A DNA stretch of 64,000 nucleotides, taken from Octopus sinensis. Lineage: Eukaryota. A model generated the notes under the pieces. The model saw only the letters and a list, made by a program, of their open reading frames with translations, ran no database searches and was not told the DNA's origin. The stretch covers positions 24,180,001-24,244,000 of the forward strand of contig NC_043001.1 in NCBI RefSeq assembly GCF_006345805.1, read 5' to 3'. The translations under genes were made by a program, and so were the position numbers. Positions 51,737 through 63,978 of the stretch are shown here, in pieces (position 1 is the stretch's first letter; every line of letters starts with the position of its first letter).

Positions 51737-52239
51737 TGTATAACTAAAATAAAATAAGCCTGATATACTGAATGGATCGTTCTATTTTTTTCTTGTAAAA
51801 GGAAGCGAATAAGCAAGTGTAAAAGAAGAAAAGGGCAAGTTAAAAAGGAAAAATGAGCGAAGAAAGAAAAGAAAAATGAAACCCAAATCAACATGTGTGT
51901 CACATGTATGAGATAGTAAAAAATGAGTAAAAGCCAATGAGGGTAATTCAAATGCATGAAAGCATTCTCTGGATGTTGAAGGAAATGACAAATTTGGGTC
52001 GTAAATCTACAATTATAATTCAACATATATGTGCATCTAGCTTACCAGTAGAATGCACAAACATTAAAAATAATGGCTTATACCAGAAAAAAAGGCCAAA
52101 AATGGCCTAATTTCCATTCCATTGAAAATAATATGGTATGAATATTTGGGTTATGTTCCTGAGCTTGGAAAACTCTTTGATCTGCCAAAGAGTGGTGAAT
52201 CTGCCTAAGGTGGCATATTTGTGTTGAGATAGTGAGTTG

Positions 52240-52668
52240 TTTAGGGTGGTGAGCTGGCAGAAATGTTAGCATGCCGGGCGAAATGCGTAGCTGTATTTCG
52301 TCTACCGTTACGTTCTGAGTTCAAATTCTGCCGAGGTTGACTTTGCCTTTCATCCTTTCGGGGTCGATAAATAAAGTACCAGTTACGCACTGGGGTCAAG
52401 GTAATCGACTTAATCCGTTTGTCTGTTCTTGTTTGTCCTTGTTTGTCCCCTCTGTGTTTAGCCCCTTGTGGGTAGTAAAGAAATAGGTATTTCATTTGCC
52501 GTTACGTTCTGAGTTCAAATTCTGCCGAGGTCGACTTTGCCTTTCATCCTTTCGGGGTCGATAAATTAAGTACCAGTTACGCACTGGGGTCGATGTAATC
52601 GACTTAATCCATTTGTCTGTCCTTGTTTGTCCCCTCTATGTTTAGCCCCTTGTGGGGAATAAAGAAAC
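52240..52668 (+). mobile_element. SINE family B tandem dimer, 13 bp TSD
   Basis: Full copy followed by a 5'-truncated copy joined at GGTATTTC; TSD AGATAGTGAGTTG at 52227-52239 and 52669-52681. Confidence 0.9.
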
Positions 52669-53429
52669 AGATAGTGAGTTGGCAGAGTTGTTAGAGTATT
52701 GAAAAAATGCAAAAATATATATTGTTTTGTATATCTGGGCTCTGAGTTCAAATCCTGCTGGAGTCATTTTTCCCTTTTATTCTTTCAAATTGTAAGAATT
52801 GTAAGAAAGTTGGACCAGGCACCTTGTGACATGTTCTAGCTCTTTGTGCTTTAAGTTCAAATCCTGTCATGGCTTACTTGGGTGGTAGACCTGTTCATTG
52901 GGTGCAGTCAGCTGAGTCCACTCTGTCATCCCATAGTTTACCACCATCATGTGTCACTATGACTGGGATGGGTCTTTAACAGATTCTAATCTGTTACAAA
53001 CTTCTGAGCCAGATTTCTCATCTCAAGATTCCTTTCTCCCTCCTCTGTCCTCTCTAGTCTCAAAGACCCTGTAACAGATCAGAGTCACTGCCTTTCAACC
53101 AAATTCTTTACTTTGAGCCTTAGGACCCATACCTTAGGACTCATGCCAGTTATCTCATTTCCATGGTGTATAATTGACCAAGAATCATGACAATCCCCCT
53201 GAATGGTATGCCATTCAAAGGCAAAAACAATGCAATGGCACACAGTGACCAGTGATTTGTAACAATATCTGATGGCCTGGTCAATCACATGATCAGGTGA
53301 TATATCATCATCATCGTTTAAAGTCCGCTTTCCATGCTGGCATGGGTTGGATGGTTTCACTGTGGGCTGGCAAGCCAGAAGGCTGTACCAGGCTCCAATC
53401 CGATCTGGCAAAGTTTCTACAGCTGATAT

Positions 53430-53691
53430 AGCTGGTTACAATGCGCTTCGCATTGTTTTAGCCTTCGAATGACACCACCCCGCTGGCTAAGCAAGCAGAC
53501 CAACCGAAGAAAGAATGAAAGAAAGTTGTGGTGAAAGAGTACAGTAGGGATCACCACCACCCCCTGCCGGAGCCTCGTGGATCTTTTAGGTGTTTTCGCT
53601 CAAGAAACACTCACAACGCTCGGTCTGGGAATCGAAACCACAGTCCTATGACTGCGAGTCCGCTGCCCTAACCACTGGGCCATTGCGCCTC

Positions 53692-53693
<2 letters not shown>
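53430..53693 (-). mobile_element. tRNA-derived SINE family E
   Basis: Head matches 27440-27620. Confidence 0.85.
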
Positions 53694-53732
<39 letters not shown>

Positions 53733-54336
53733 TATTATTATTATTATTATCTAATTGCTGTGACGTTATATGTGAAAACAATTTCACTCTTCAACATTCA
53801 GATTATTTTGTCAAATGTAATGCTTATTATTTATTCATATCATTTTGAATTAATCATGCATTATCTCACAGCTTGAGAGATTTTGATGATGTGATTGTCT
53901 GTTTTTAGAATAACATTGTAGAGTAGGTGTGAGAGGCTGGATCTCATCAGTCACGCCATAAGACAGAATATTTGGGTTGGATATGGATGATTTAAATGTC
54001 AATGGGTTAACATTATACTGAAGGATTAGTCGATGCTATTGGTAGAATACATTTTTATCAATCTGAAGACAGTTGATAAGCAAAGCCTTAGTAGTTACTA
54101 TCAGCTTTATTCTTGTAAACATTATTATGCTTGAGAGAGAGTGGGGTGGGGAGATCGATGGAGAGGGAGAGAGAAAGAGAGAAAGAAGGAGAGAGAGCAG
54201 AGACAGAGACAGACAGACAGTATGTAGTATTCCCAAAATAGACTGTTATAGCAATTTTGTTGCTTAATCTGCATTCATGCTACCATTCATGTATACATCT
54301 CGAGAGAGTTTTTTTGAAGAAACATTTTAATGACTA

Positions 54337-54728
54337 CTAGCAGTATCGCCTGGTGTTGCTTGGGTTTGTTTTGACCCTTTAGAATTGGAATTTTTGAAAA
54401 GTAAGAATTTTGCATTATGTAGCTTGTTATTCTCTTTAAGTGGACATTTTTCTGGTTGAAATGCACCAAAAAATGGCAACACAGTAGTTAAAAAATCGTA
54501 AAAAATAATGATTTTCATAGAAAAAAAGCACCTTTTTGATGTAGATAATTTTTGGTGTTAACATGGTCCGATTTAAATTTTTTCTTCTACGAAAGGAAGA
54601 GCAAACCTTCTTCTATCATAATCTCAATTTTGGTCAACTTGCACTGCAGGGTCTCGGAGGAGATAGTGTTAGTTGAAGGCTACCAAACCTGCCATACGCA
54701 GATAACTTCAGCTTTATATATAGAGAGA
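54337..54728 (-). mobile_element. Non-autonomous Helitron
   Basis: A|TCTCTCTATATATAAAGCTG start; 3' CCCAAGCAACACCAGGCGATACTGCTAG|T. Confidence 0.75.
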
Positions 54729-55090
54729 TTTTAAAAAGTAAAATTCATTACATAAATATTAACACTCTGAAGTAAGATTACTTCTTTTGAGATGTATACG
54801 TTCATGAGTTTTAAAAGTCCCCGCTACAACTGTTTGACAACCGATGGTTTGCTATGGGCGCAGTCATGGCTGTGGGGTTGTTAAGAAACTCATTTTACGG
54901 CCATGTGGTCTTAGGTTCAGTCCTTCTGCATGGCATCTTGGGCAAGTTACTTCTACTATAGCCCTGGGAATTAATGTATGATTAACTGAAAACAATGTGA
55001 ATAAATAAGCATTACATTTGGCAGGATAATCTGAACACAAAAGGGTCAAATTGTTTTCATTTATAACTTCAAAGAAAATCAGACAATAAT

Positions 55091-55139
<49 letters not shown>

Positions 55140-55491
55140 CCCCAGTTGAACCGTCCAACCCATGCTAGCATGGAAAGCGGACGTTAAATGATGATGATGA
55201 TGATGATGATATATATATAAATTAGAGAAAAACCACTATTATGTAATTCAAACAATGACAGACATAAAACATATATAGAAAAAATAAAATATATGATAAA
55301 ACATTTATTTACATCACAAAAAGTATATAATAATAAATAAACAGTACATAATAAGTAAAAAGACTATGTACATATACTCTCTAATATTATTATTATTATT
55401 TTTTATATATATATAGGGAGAGTTTAGGAAAAAAACAAAAGATGAAGACAGGTGGTGTACAAAACAAACAGATGTATTAGTATAGAAAAAG

Positions 55492-55529
55492 TCTTTTACG
55501 TTTTGAGCCTATGCTCTTCTACAGAAAGA
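55492..55529 (-). ncRNA. Minimal hammerhead candidate, U6 variant, G12A decay
   Basis: TCTTT-CTGTAGA-A-GAGC-ATAG-GCTC-AAAA-CGTA-AAAGA. Confidence 0.55.
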
Positions 55530-56556
55530 GACACAGAAAAAAACAAGGAGAGAAAAAATGTGTGTAGTGGCTAATGATATATTTATATAATGTTGAGTCT
55601 CAAAGAGGTGATGACAAATGACCAAGGCCTTTAGCAACTTGCTGTGCTTGAGAAGCCTCATCAAGCCAAGTGAAATTCTAGTTGTGGCCTGTGTCAGTGA
55701 CATGTAAAAGCTCCCAGGCCATTGACATGTAAAGGGCACCCACTACACTCTCTTGTGAGTAGATTTGGTAAATGGAAATTGTGTGGAATCCACATCGCTT
55801 GACAACCAGTGTTGATTTATATAGCAGTTCCACAAAAGTGCCCAATACAATAAGCATCATACTTTAAAAATATAAGCACTGAGGTTCACATTTAAGAAAA
55901 TGCAAAGGATTCTACTAAACCCTTCTAGGTTGTGGTCCAGCATAGCTGCAGTCTAATGACCGAAGCAAGTAATAGGTAAAACTAAAACAAACTAATTATC
56001 TTTGCCATTTGACCTGTATGTCACAACTGTTTTCCTATTAATCTCATGTGTAAATTAAGCAACTATTTTAACAAATAGCTTAAAGAATTATGTAATTATT
56101 AACCCTCTTAAGTGACTACTAAGTAAATATATGTATTTGCAAATTACCTTGAAGAACATAATTAATTACGAGAACATTGACTCTCTGAGGTGACAATTTT
56201 AAACTAATAATAATCAGATCTTGTAGCTACTTCACAACCTTTATTTGTGTTCTACTCATTTGATTGTTATAAATGTGTTAACTAAGTGTTTAATCCATTT
56301 GTTATTTTAATTGACTGTCCTGTCCTCTACATTATCTATTGTGTTAAACTTCCCACCTGAACCACTATCTTACACTTTCAGCAATATTTCCTCTCAATTT
56401 CTTCCTTTTTCATCAACTTCACACCTTATCTTGATCCTAATTATTAGCTGTGTGCTAGTATCAGCCAATTGATAGCAAATAGTTATGTGAACAGTGAGCT
56501 GTGAGAATCACAGTAATAGCTTACGTATTTATTTTTAATATATTCTCACAGAAAGT

Positions 56557-56770
56557 GGCGCAAGAGTGGCTGTGTGGTAAGTAACTTGCTTACCAACCAC
56601 ATGGTTCCGGGTTTAGTCCCACTGCGTGGCACCTTAGGCAAGTGTCTTCTACTATAGCCTCAGGCTGACCAAAGCCTTGTGAGTGAATTTGGTAGATGGA
56701 AACTGAAAGAAGCATGTCATATATATACACATACATATATATACATATATATGACAGGCTTCTTTCAGTT
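56557..56770 (+). mobile_element. SINE family A 5' part
   Basis: Matches 446-610. Confidence 0.88.
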
Positions 56771-56964
56771 TGGGGTAGCTTTTGTTGAGGAGGTACAACA
56801 AGCTTGAAATATCAGATGTCCCAAAGTACCCTTACCTTAATTAATGTATGTGTTATGAACATACATTCATTTGAAAGGTAGAGTTGATCACCAATAATCT
56901 CCCTTGACAAAATACAACAACAATTTGCATATTCATACTTAAATCTGCCAGAACATACTAAGAA

Positions 56965-57322
56965 TGGGTTCAGTCCCACTGCGTGGCACCTTGGGCAAGT
57001 GCCTTTTACTATAGCCTCGGGTCAACCAAAGCTTTGTGAGTGGATTTGGTAGATGGAAACTGAAACAAGCCCGTCATATATATGTATGTATATATATATA
57101 TATGTACGTGTGTGTTTGTATTTGTGCCCCAACATCGCTTGACAACTGATGCTGGTGTGTTTACGTCCCCATAACTTAGCAGTTCGGCAAAAGAGACTGA
57201 TAGAATAAGAACTAGACTTACAAAGAATAAGTCCTGTGGTCGATGTGCTCGACTAAAGGCGGTGCTCCAGCATGGCCACAGTCACATGACTGAAACATGT
57301 AAGAGAGTAAAAAGAGTAAAAG
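56965..57322 (+). mobile_element. SINE family A, nearly full length
   Basis: Matches 495-849. Confidence 0.9.
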
Positions 57323-57465
57323 GGTAATTAATAAGTATATCATAATTATTGTAAATATATATATTTCATCTATCTACACGTTCTGAGTTCAAATCTAGCT
57401 AAGATTGATTTGTCTTTCATCCTTTTGAGATTGATAATATATATATATATATTTTATATATATAT

Positions 57466-57548
<83 letters not shown>

Positions 57549-57549
57549 T

Positions 57550-57719
57550 ATATACGACTGGCTTATTTCAGTTTCTGTCTACCAAATCCACTCACAAGGC
57601 TTTGGTTGGCCCGAAGCTATAGTAGAAGACACTTTGCCCAAGGTGCTACGAAGTGGGACTGAACCCAGAACCATGTGGCTGGTAAGAAAGCTACTTACCA
57701 CACAGCCACTCCTGTGCCT
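57550..57719 (-). mobile_element. SINE family A 5' part
   Basis: Reverse complement of 446-610. Confidence 0.88.
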
Positions 57720-57868
57720 AATAATAAAAATAATAATAGTGATGATGATGATGATGATGATGATGATAATTTATTCTTGTAGAAGATTTAAAAAAAATAT
57801 TTTTGTTCTTAATTCAAATGTTTCCATTATACAACTCACTTTCCCTTTGCTCCTTTCTCTCCCTCCTT

Positions 57869-57910
<42 letters not shown>

Positions 57911-58384
57911 TCAATGAAATTTAACTATTCAGCTTACATATATATCTAGAACACTTTATGTAACGTTTCCTTTTCTGTCTTTCACTCTTGAGTAGATCTG
58001 CTTCTTGAAATGCTGTTTATATGTGAGAATCTAATAGAATATACCATCTCCTTCCACTTGATTTATATGTAAATGTATGCATACATGTATAGATATAAAA
58101 GTATTTATGTATGCAGTATGTATGTATGTAGTATGTATGTATGTCTGTATGAGGAGGGCAAATAAAAAGTAAATTAGATCTACATTAGACTTGAATGAAT
58201 GCCCTGCATTATCTAACATATTCATTGAAATGTGAAATATAGTTAGATACTGAGAAACTGTCTTGTATAAACACTACTTATCACCATTGCTATCACTGTG
58301 GCTCTCATTATCATCATCACTCTTAAATTCACCGAGATTAAACCATCCTCATCACCAAATTTTGTTGATGAGTTTTATACTATA

Positions 58385-58752
58385 CTAGCACTATGACCCG
58401 GCAACACCGGGTCATAGTGCTAGTGCATGCATATACAGCTGCGTGCGTGATTGCGCACATACACGCGAGTACTGTCCAAATCTCCGACCAATCACATACA
58501 GCTAGCTGGCATTCGATTGGCGTATCAAGTTTCGGGAATTTTGATTGGGTTTTGGATAGAAAATTCTTGAAAAAGTCACTTCTATTGATTTTTTAATGGC
58601 TCTGCGGGGTAACTGGGGAAATGTAAAGATATGCACGACCACCCTTGAATGGTTTTGAATGACCATACAAAGTGCGAGCCCTCTAACTGAAAAATTGTGG
58701 ATTTGTATAAAGGACACACACATAAACATTTTGCCATTTATATATATAGAGA
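58385..58752 (-). mobile_element. Non-autonomous Helitron, complete
   Basis: A|TC start, CTAG|T end, perfect 18 bp terminal hairpin 58384-58424. Confidence 0.85.
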
Positions 58753-58816
58753 TATTTTGAACTTCTTTATAGTGATTCTCAATTGCAAGATCTGGCAAAC
58801 ACTGGAAAGTCTGTAC

Positions 58817-58855
58817 TTTGCTGAAGAGATCTCATAAGGTTGAAACTTGTCAGAA
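58817..58855 (+). ncRNA. Putative minimal type I hammerhead ribozyme
   Basis: TTTG-CTGAAGA-GATCT-CATA-AGGTT-GAAA-CTTGTC-AGAA; canonical core and GTC triplet. Confidence 0.6.
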
Positions 58856-59119
58856 ATTCCTGTTGTACTTACCAAAGATTATATCAAATTAGCATTAGTC
58901 CTGAAGTTAATGTTTTCATTTCCTTGTAGCATGAGTAATTCTAATGATTCATAATTGTAATCTCAATGTTATAAGCCCTTCATCTTGACCAGATTTGATT
59001 AACATGAGAAACCTATGTTATCTTCTTCTCATTCAGCATTCTCATCATCAATCTCTGGGCATTACTGCTTTGACTCCTTGGACTCAAGGAGCTGATTATT
59101 CTATTTCCATGGTGTTGGG

Positions 59120-59471
59120 TCTCATGGAGGAAATGACCAGGATCTTTGGCATTATGTTGTGCTTGGGAAGAAGACCCATGAAGCCGAGCAAAATGACAGT
59201 TGTAGCAGATACCAGTGTCATGTAAATGTACTGGTGGCACATAAAAGCACCCTAGTGTCACGCAAATGGCACCCATGCTGGTGGCATGGAAAAAGCACCC
59301 ATTACACTCTTGAAGTGGTTGGCATTAGGGAGGGCATCTAGCCATAGAAAACCATGCCAAATCAGACTGGAACTGGGTGCAGCCTTCCAGCATGCCAGCC
59401 TGGTCAAACCGTCCAACCCTTGCCAGCATGGACAACAGACGTTAAATGATGACGACGATGATGATGATGAT
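59120..59471 (+). mobile_element. Family C element, diverged
   Basis: GGTTGGCATTAGGGAGGGCATCTAGC..GACGTTAAAT(GAT)n. Confidence 0.8.
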
Positions 59472-60713
59472 ATACAATGACTAAGATGACAACATCCTCC
59501 CTGAACGGGTCACCTGTTTGTTCCAGGGTTACTCCTTTGCAGGTGAGTTGACTGGAGCAATGTAAAACAAAGTGTCTTGCTCAAAACCTAATGACAATGC
59601 TATTCAAAAGAAGATTTGTTTTTTCTAGCTCCAAGCTGTGAAAACTAATAAGGAGAGTACAGGAGGCGGTTGAAAAAGCCAGCTTCTATATATGGCTGAA
59701 GCAGGAAGACCAAAAATGGCTTGAAAGTCATAACATGCCGGCAGGAAAATAACATCACTAGGTGAGACAAGCTGACACTAAATTAGCTTCGCTGACTGAC
59801 AGGTGACGGTCATTTAGAGAATGCGCGGGCTAAGACTTCGTGCCTTCAATGGTCAGTTAAGGTGAGACAGTGTCATGTGGCAACTTGTTGGAGTTGCCTG
59901 CTGGAGCCTAGTGGCAGGTATTTAAAGGGAAAAAATTTGACAAGTCAGTCAGTCACTAGTTGATACTCACTGATGCTACATCAAAGCGGCCAGGGAACAG
60001 AAGAAAGAAGAAGAAAGACATGTACCCAACACCAGAGCTGAAGACACCTCCGAAAGGGTGGGGGGGCTGCCACGTCAAAACGGTAGAGGAGTAGGGGCTG
60101 AAACCAGACGTGGTTCCTCCTGATGATGTCTTGAGCTAACTGGATCCTTAAAGGAGCTGTTGTGGTAGCAGACCACGAAACACGGTTGTAATTCCTCTGA
60201 TGCACCACCTGGTCCAGAATCAAAATCTCTGATCTTGCAAGCATGAGTGCAACCCTGCTAACCACGAGGTCGCACATCTCATTGCAAGAGTAATCTTAAT
60301 TAACTTCAAAACATTTTCCTCAATAACAAAAAGAATTTTAGCACTAAGCTAAGCCATTGTTTGTTATGGATGCCATTGCTAAATAATTCCACCTAATTCC
60401 TTATCTAACAAAAGTTTCTTCAATCTTGAGCAAAAAGTAAAATATTCATTCATTTATCTGTTTTGTGTCCACTTTTCTATGCTAGCATGGGTTAGATCAG
60501 TGTTTCTCAACCATTTTTTTCATCTGGACACCCTTAATTCCTGTTTCACTTGGATATACCCTCATAACCATCTGATGTTTAAGAAAGTCATTTTATGTTT
60601 TTACTTGCAGAGATACCCGGTGTTGCTCGGGATTAGAATGTTGTAGCTTTTTTTTTCTTTTACTTGTTTTAGTCATTTGACTGTGGCCATGCTGGAGCAC
60701 TGCCTTTAGTCAA

Positions 60714-60940
60714 ACAGAAACAAAGAAAGAGGGAGGGAGAAAGAAAGAAAAACGAAAGACAGAGGGAGGAACAAAGAAAGAAAGAAAGAAGGAAGGAAAG
60801 AAAGAGGGAGAAGAAAAAGACAGAAAGAAAGAAAGAGCGAAATAAAGAAAAAAGTAAAGAGGAGGGGAGGGAGAAAGAAAGAAAGAAGGAATGAAAGAAA
60901 GAAAGAAAGAAAGATGGAGAAAAAAGAAGGAAAGAAAGAT
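60714..60940. repeat. Polypurine (GAAA/GA) tract
   Basis: Direct inspection. Confidence 0.9.
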
Positions 60941-61031
60941 ATGCAACTATATGCATGAGAATACATGCATAAAAGAAAACATACAAATCTGCACATATAC
61001 ATACATACGTACCAGCATACATACATACACA

Positions 61032-61066
<35 letters not shown>

Positions 61067-61601
61067 GTTATCAATCACTGCAGTGATTCTTCTGTACGAT
61101 GAATCAGAAGCTGTTTGTTAGTAACAAGATTAATTCACTGAACATGTAGCAACTGTACTACATGAGGTCCTTTCCAGAAGCTACTGGCTATTTCATGTAA
61201 TACGCATATAGTGATTCATAATTGTGCATCATTATGACAAACTTTTATTCATGTATCTATACATACATATGCACACAAAACAAATTACTTGTGGTAACTC
61301 CAGGGTGCACTAGAAAATTGGTACCAATCTTTAGTCTTATGACATAAATCAGAAAAGGTATAAATCAATACCAGGATAAAACACCAGTCTATCTTTTGGA
61401 ATGGTTTTCCAGAATGTTGTGTCTCTGTTTCCAACAGCTTGGTGAATGGAATGGAAATATCTACAATTAAGTGCACTCTCCAAATATACAATAAAACACA
61501 TGCTTGGATTTTCATCGCATCTTGCAACCTTTTCATTAGTCTTGACTCTGTCCATTATTTACACACACACACTCACACACACACACACACACACACACAC
61601 A

Positions 61602-61642
<41 letters not shown>

Positions 61643-61858
61643 CCAGCGCTGCCTTGACTGGCTTCTGTACCGGTGGCACGTAAAAAGCACCCACTACACT
61701 CACGGAGTGGTTGGCGTTAGGAAGGGCATCCAGCTGTAGAAACACTGCCAGATCAGACTGGAGCCTAGTGCAGCCCCCTGGCTTCCCAGACCCTGGTCAA
61801 ACCGTCCAACCCATGCTAGCACGGAAAACGGACATTAAACGATGATGATGATGATGAT
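61643..61858 (+). mobile_element. Family C element in (TA)n
   Basis: Family C consensus with (GAT)n tail. Confidence 0.88.
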
Positions 61859-62005
61859 ATATACATACATACATACATACATACATACATACATAGAAAT
61901 CTGTCAGAAAGATAACTCCCAAGGACAAAGAAACAAGAACTCACAGTATGTAGGAAACTGTAACCACTCATAATAAGAGAGTGTAAATAACGGACAGAGT
62001 CAAGA

Positions 62006-62042
62006 CTATTGAAAAGGTTACAAGTCACAATGAAAATTTTAG
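62006..62042 (+). ncRNA. Minimal hammerhead candidate, U3/A8 core (family H)
   Basis: CTA-TTGAAAA-G-GTTAC-AAGTC-ACAAT-GAAA-ATTT-TAG. Confidence 0.45.
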
Positions 62043-62924
62043 GAAAATAAAAATAAGAATTAAGTGGAAATTTTACCAGTGAGTGTGTTAAATTATAAAG
62101 CACAAATAGAAAATAACTCTCCCCAGACACAATAGAATCTTGCAAACCAAATCCAAAAACAAAATATAATAAGCATGCATGGATTTTATATTCGTATTCA
62201 TGTGTGTGGTGGTGAGGTGAACATAGCACAACTGAATGGTCAAAAAGTTTGTTACATTAAGGATACATGCATCTGTGAGATCTCAGCCTACTCATAAATA
62301 CATGCTATTTACACGTAGGCGTTTGAGTTGATCACCAACTGAATAATCATTTCTGAGACCATTGGAGATCTGCTTACTTACTTATGTATGTGAGTGTGCA
62401 TATGCATATATATGTATATGTATATATCTCTGTAGATGTTTGTATGCATGTTAGTGTGTGTGTGTATTCTTTAGGACAGCAAAAACTGGACAAAAGAAAA
62501 GCTGAATAAAAGAAATGCTAAAAGAAATATATATATAAAGACAATAGTAGATTAAATATCTAAAGCTCTGAGATGAGTTGTTTTCAATACGATGACAAAT
62601 TTCAGGACTTTTAACCTTATCTTTAAAAATATAACATCTTTTAGAATTTCCATCTGGATTATGTTTTGTTCAGTTTGAATTCTATCTGTGACATAACAGA
62701 TAAGAGTGTTATTACTTTCAGTTTAGTATTAAAATTTTTTACTTTCTGTTGAAGCTGGTACAAGAAACATATCCAGGAATATATCTGATGACAACTAGAG
62801 ATCTAACAAACTGAAAAATAGAGTAGATATACTGTTGTGTCTGGGGAGAGTAATTTTCTTTTTGTGCCTTATAATTTAATACACTCACCGGTAAAATTTC
62901 TACATATTTCTTATTTTTATTTTC

Positions 62925-62961
62925 CTAAAATTTTTGTTGCGTCTTGCAACCTTTTCAATAG
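62925..62961 (-). ncRNA. Minimal hammerhead candidate, U3/A8 core (family H), G12A decay
   Basis: CTA-TTGAAAA-G-GTTGC-AAGAC-GCAAC-AAAA-ATTT-TAG; perfect helix II. Confidence 0.5.
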
Positions 62962-63011
62962 TCTTGACTCTATTTCTAAAAATGAGGTTAACTAGTAATA
63001 AAAAAAAATTA

Positions 63012-63634
63012 CAGTCCAAGCATATCTCTAAAATTGTCAAGAAGGCCGAGGGTGTCTTGGCATCACTCAGCAAGACTTTTGTTAGCTGCTCTCCAGCCAT
63101 CTATTTAAAACTGTATACAGCTATGGTACGACCACACTTGGAATTCGCATCATCAGTTTGGAACCCCTATCTTGCTCAGAACATTGACCTCCTGGAATCT
63201 GTTCAGAGACGTGCAACCAAACGCATACCCACCATCAGACACCTACCATACTCTGAGCGCCTTGTTTCCCTGGGCATGGATTCACTGAAGCTCCGGCGTC
63301 TGGCGACGGACTTGGTAAACACCCACAAAGTTATCAACCACCTCACCAACAACAACACTGAACACCTTTTTGATCTTCATGTGTCTAACACACGTGGACA
63401 TGCCTACAAAGTCAGAAAACAACACAGCTCCCATGACTTTCGGAAACATTTTTTCACGCTCAGAGTTGCTGAAGCATGGAATAAACTGCCTGCGTCAGTT
63501 GTTGACTGCCATGACTCTGCATCCTTTAAGGCCCTCATGCTTTCCAAAATCCGCCGAAACTACACCTGATTATATATACACTTTAGATGAGTTGTAGTGC
63601 ACCTGAGCACTGTACACAATTATTATTATTATTA
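63012..63634 (+). mobile_element. CR1-type LINE 3' fragment with an uninterrupted ORF2 C-terminus
   Basis: HISKIVKKA..LYTAMVRPHLEFASSVWNPY..LESVQRRATK..YSERL..LKLRR..TRGH..RKHFFTLRVAEAWNKLP*; (ATT)n tail. Confidence 0.92.
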
Positions 63635-63644
63635 TACATGTTGG

Positions 63645-63978
63645 CTTCAAATTTTGGAACAAGGCCAGCAATTTTTGGGGGAGGGATATGCCAATTACAT
63701 CGACCTCAGTGCTGTTTGGTACTTATTTGATTGACCCCGCAAAGGATGAAAGAGTGCAAATTTATGTGTACATACATACTGGATTTAAATTGTGGCACAA
63801 GGCCAGCAATTTCAGGGAAGAGGGTAGGTCGATTACATCAACCCCTGTGTTCAATTGGTGCTTATTTTATCAACCCCAATAGGATGAAAGGCAAAGTGGA
63901 CCTTGGTGGAATTTGAACTCATAATGTAAAGACAGCATTTTAACCTGCATGCTAATGACTCTACCAGCTTGCTGCCTT
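63645..63978 (-). mobile_element. SINE family B variant, partially duplicated
   Basis: Two CAAGGCCAGCAATTT..GATGAAAG segments followed by GCAAAGTGGACC..TTTGAACTC..CCAGCTTGCTGCC. Confidence 0.8.

Noticed and set aside
51890-52200. Possible minus-strand exons
   Set aside because: The implied intron would be only 39 nt and the frames contain stops or unrecognisable peptides
62781-62831. CTGATGA...GAAA hammerhead-like motif
   Set aside because: No convincing helix II or helix III; the apparent helix I uses a core nucleotide
62934-63569. 211 aa ORF as a host gene
   Set aside because: It is a family H repeat fused in frame to a 5'-truncated CR1-type LINE ORF2 end
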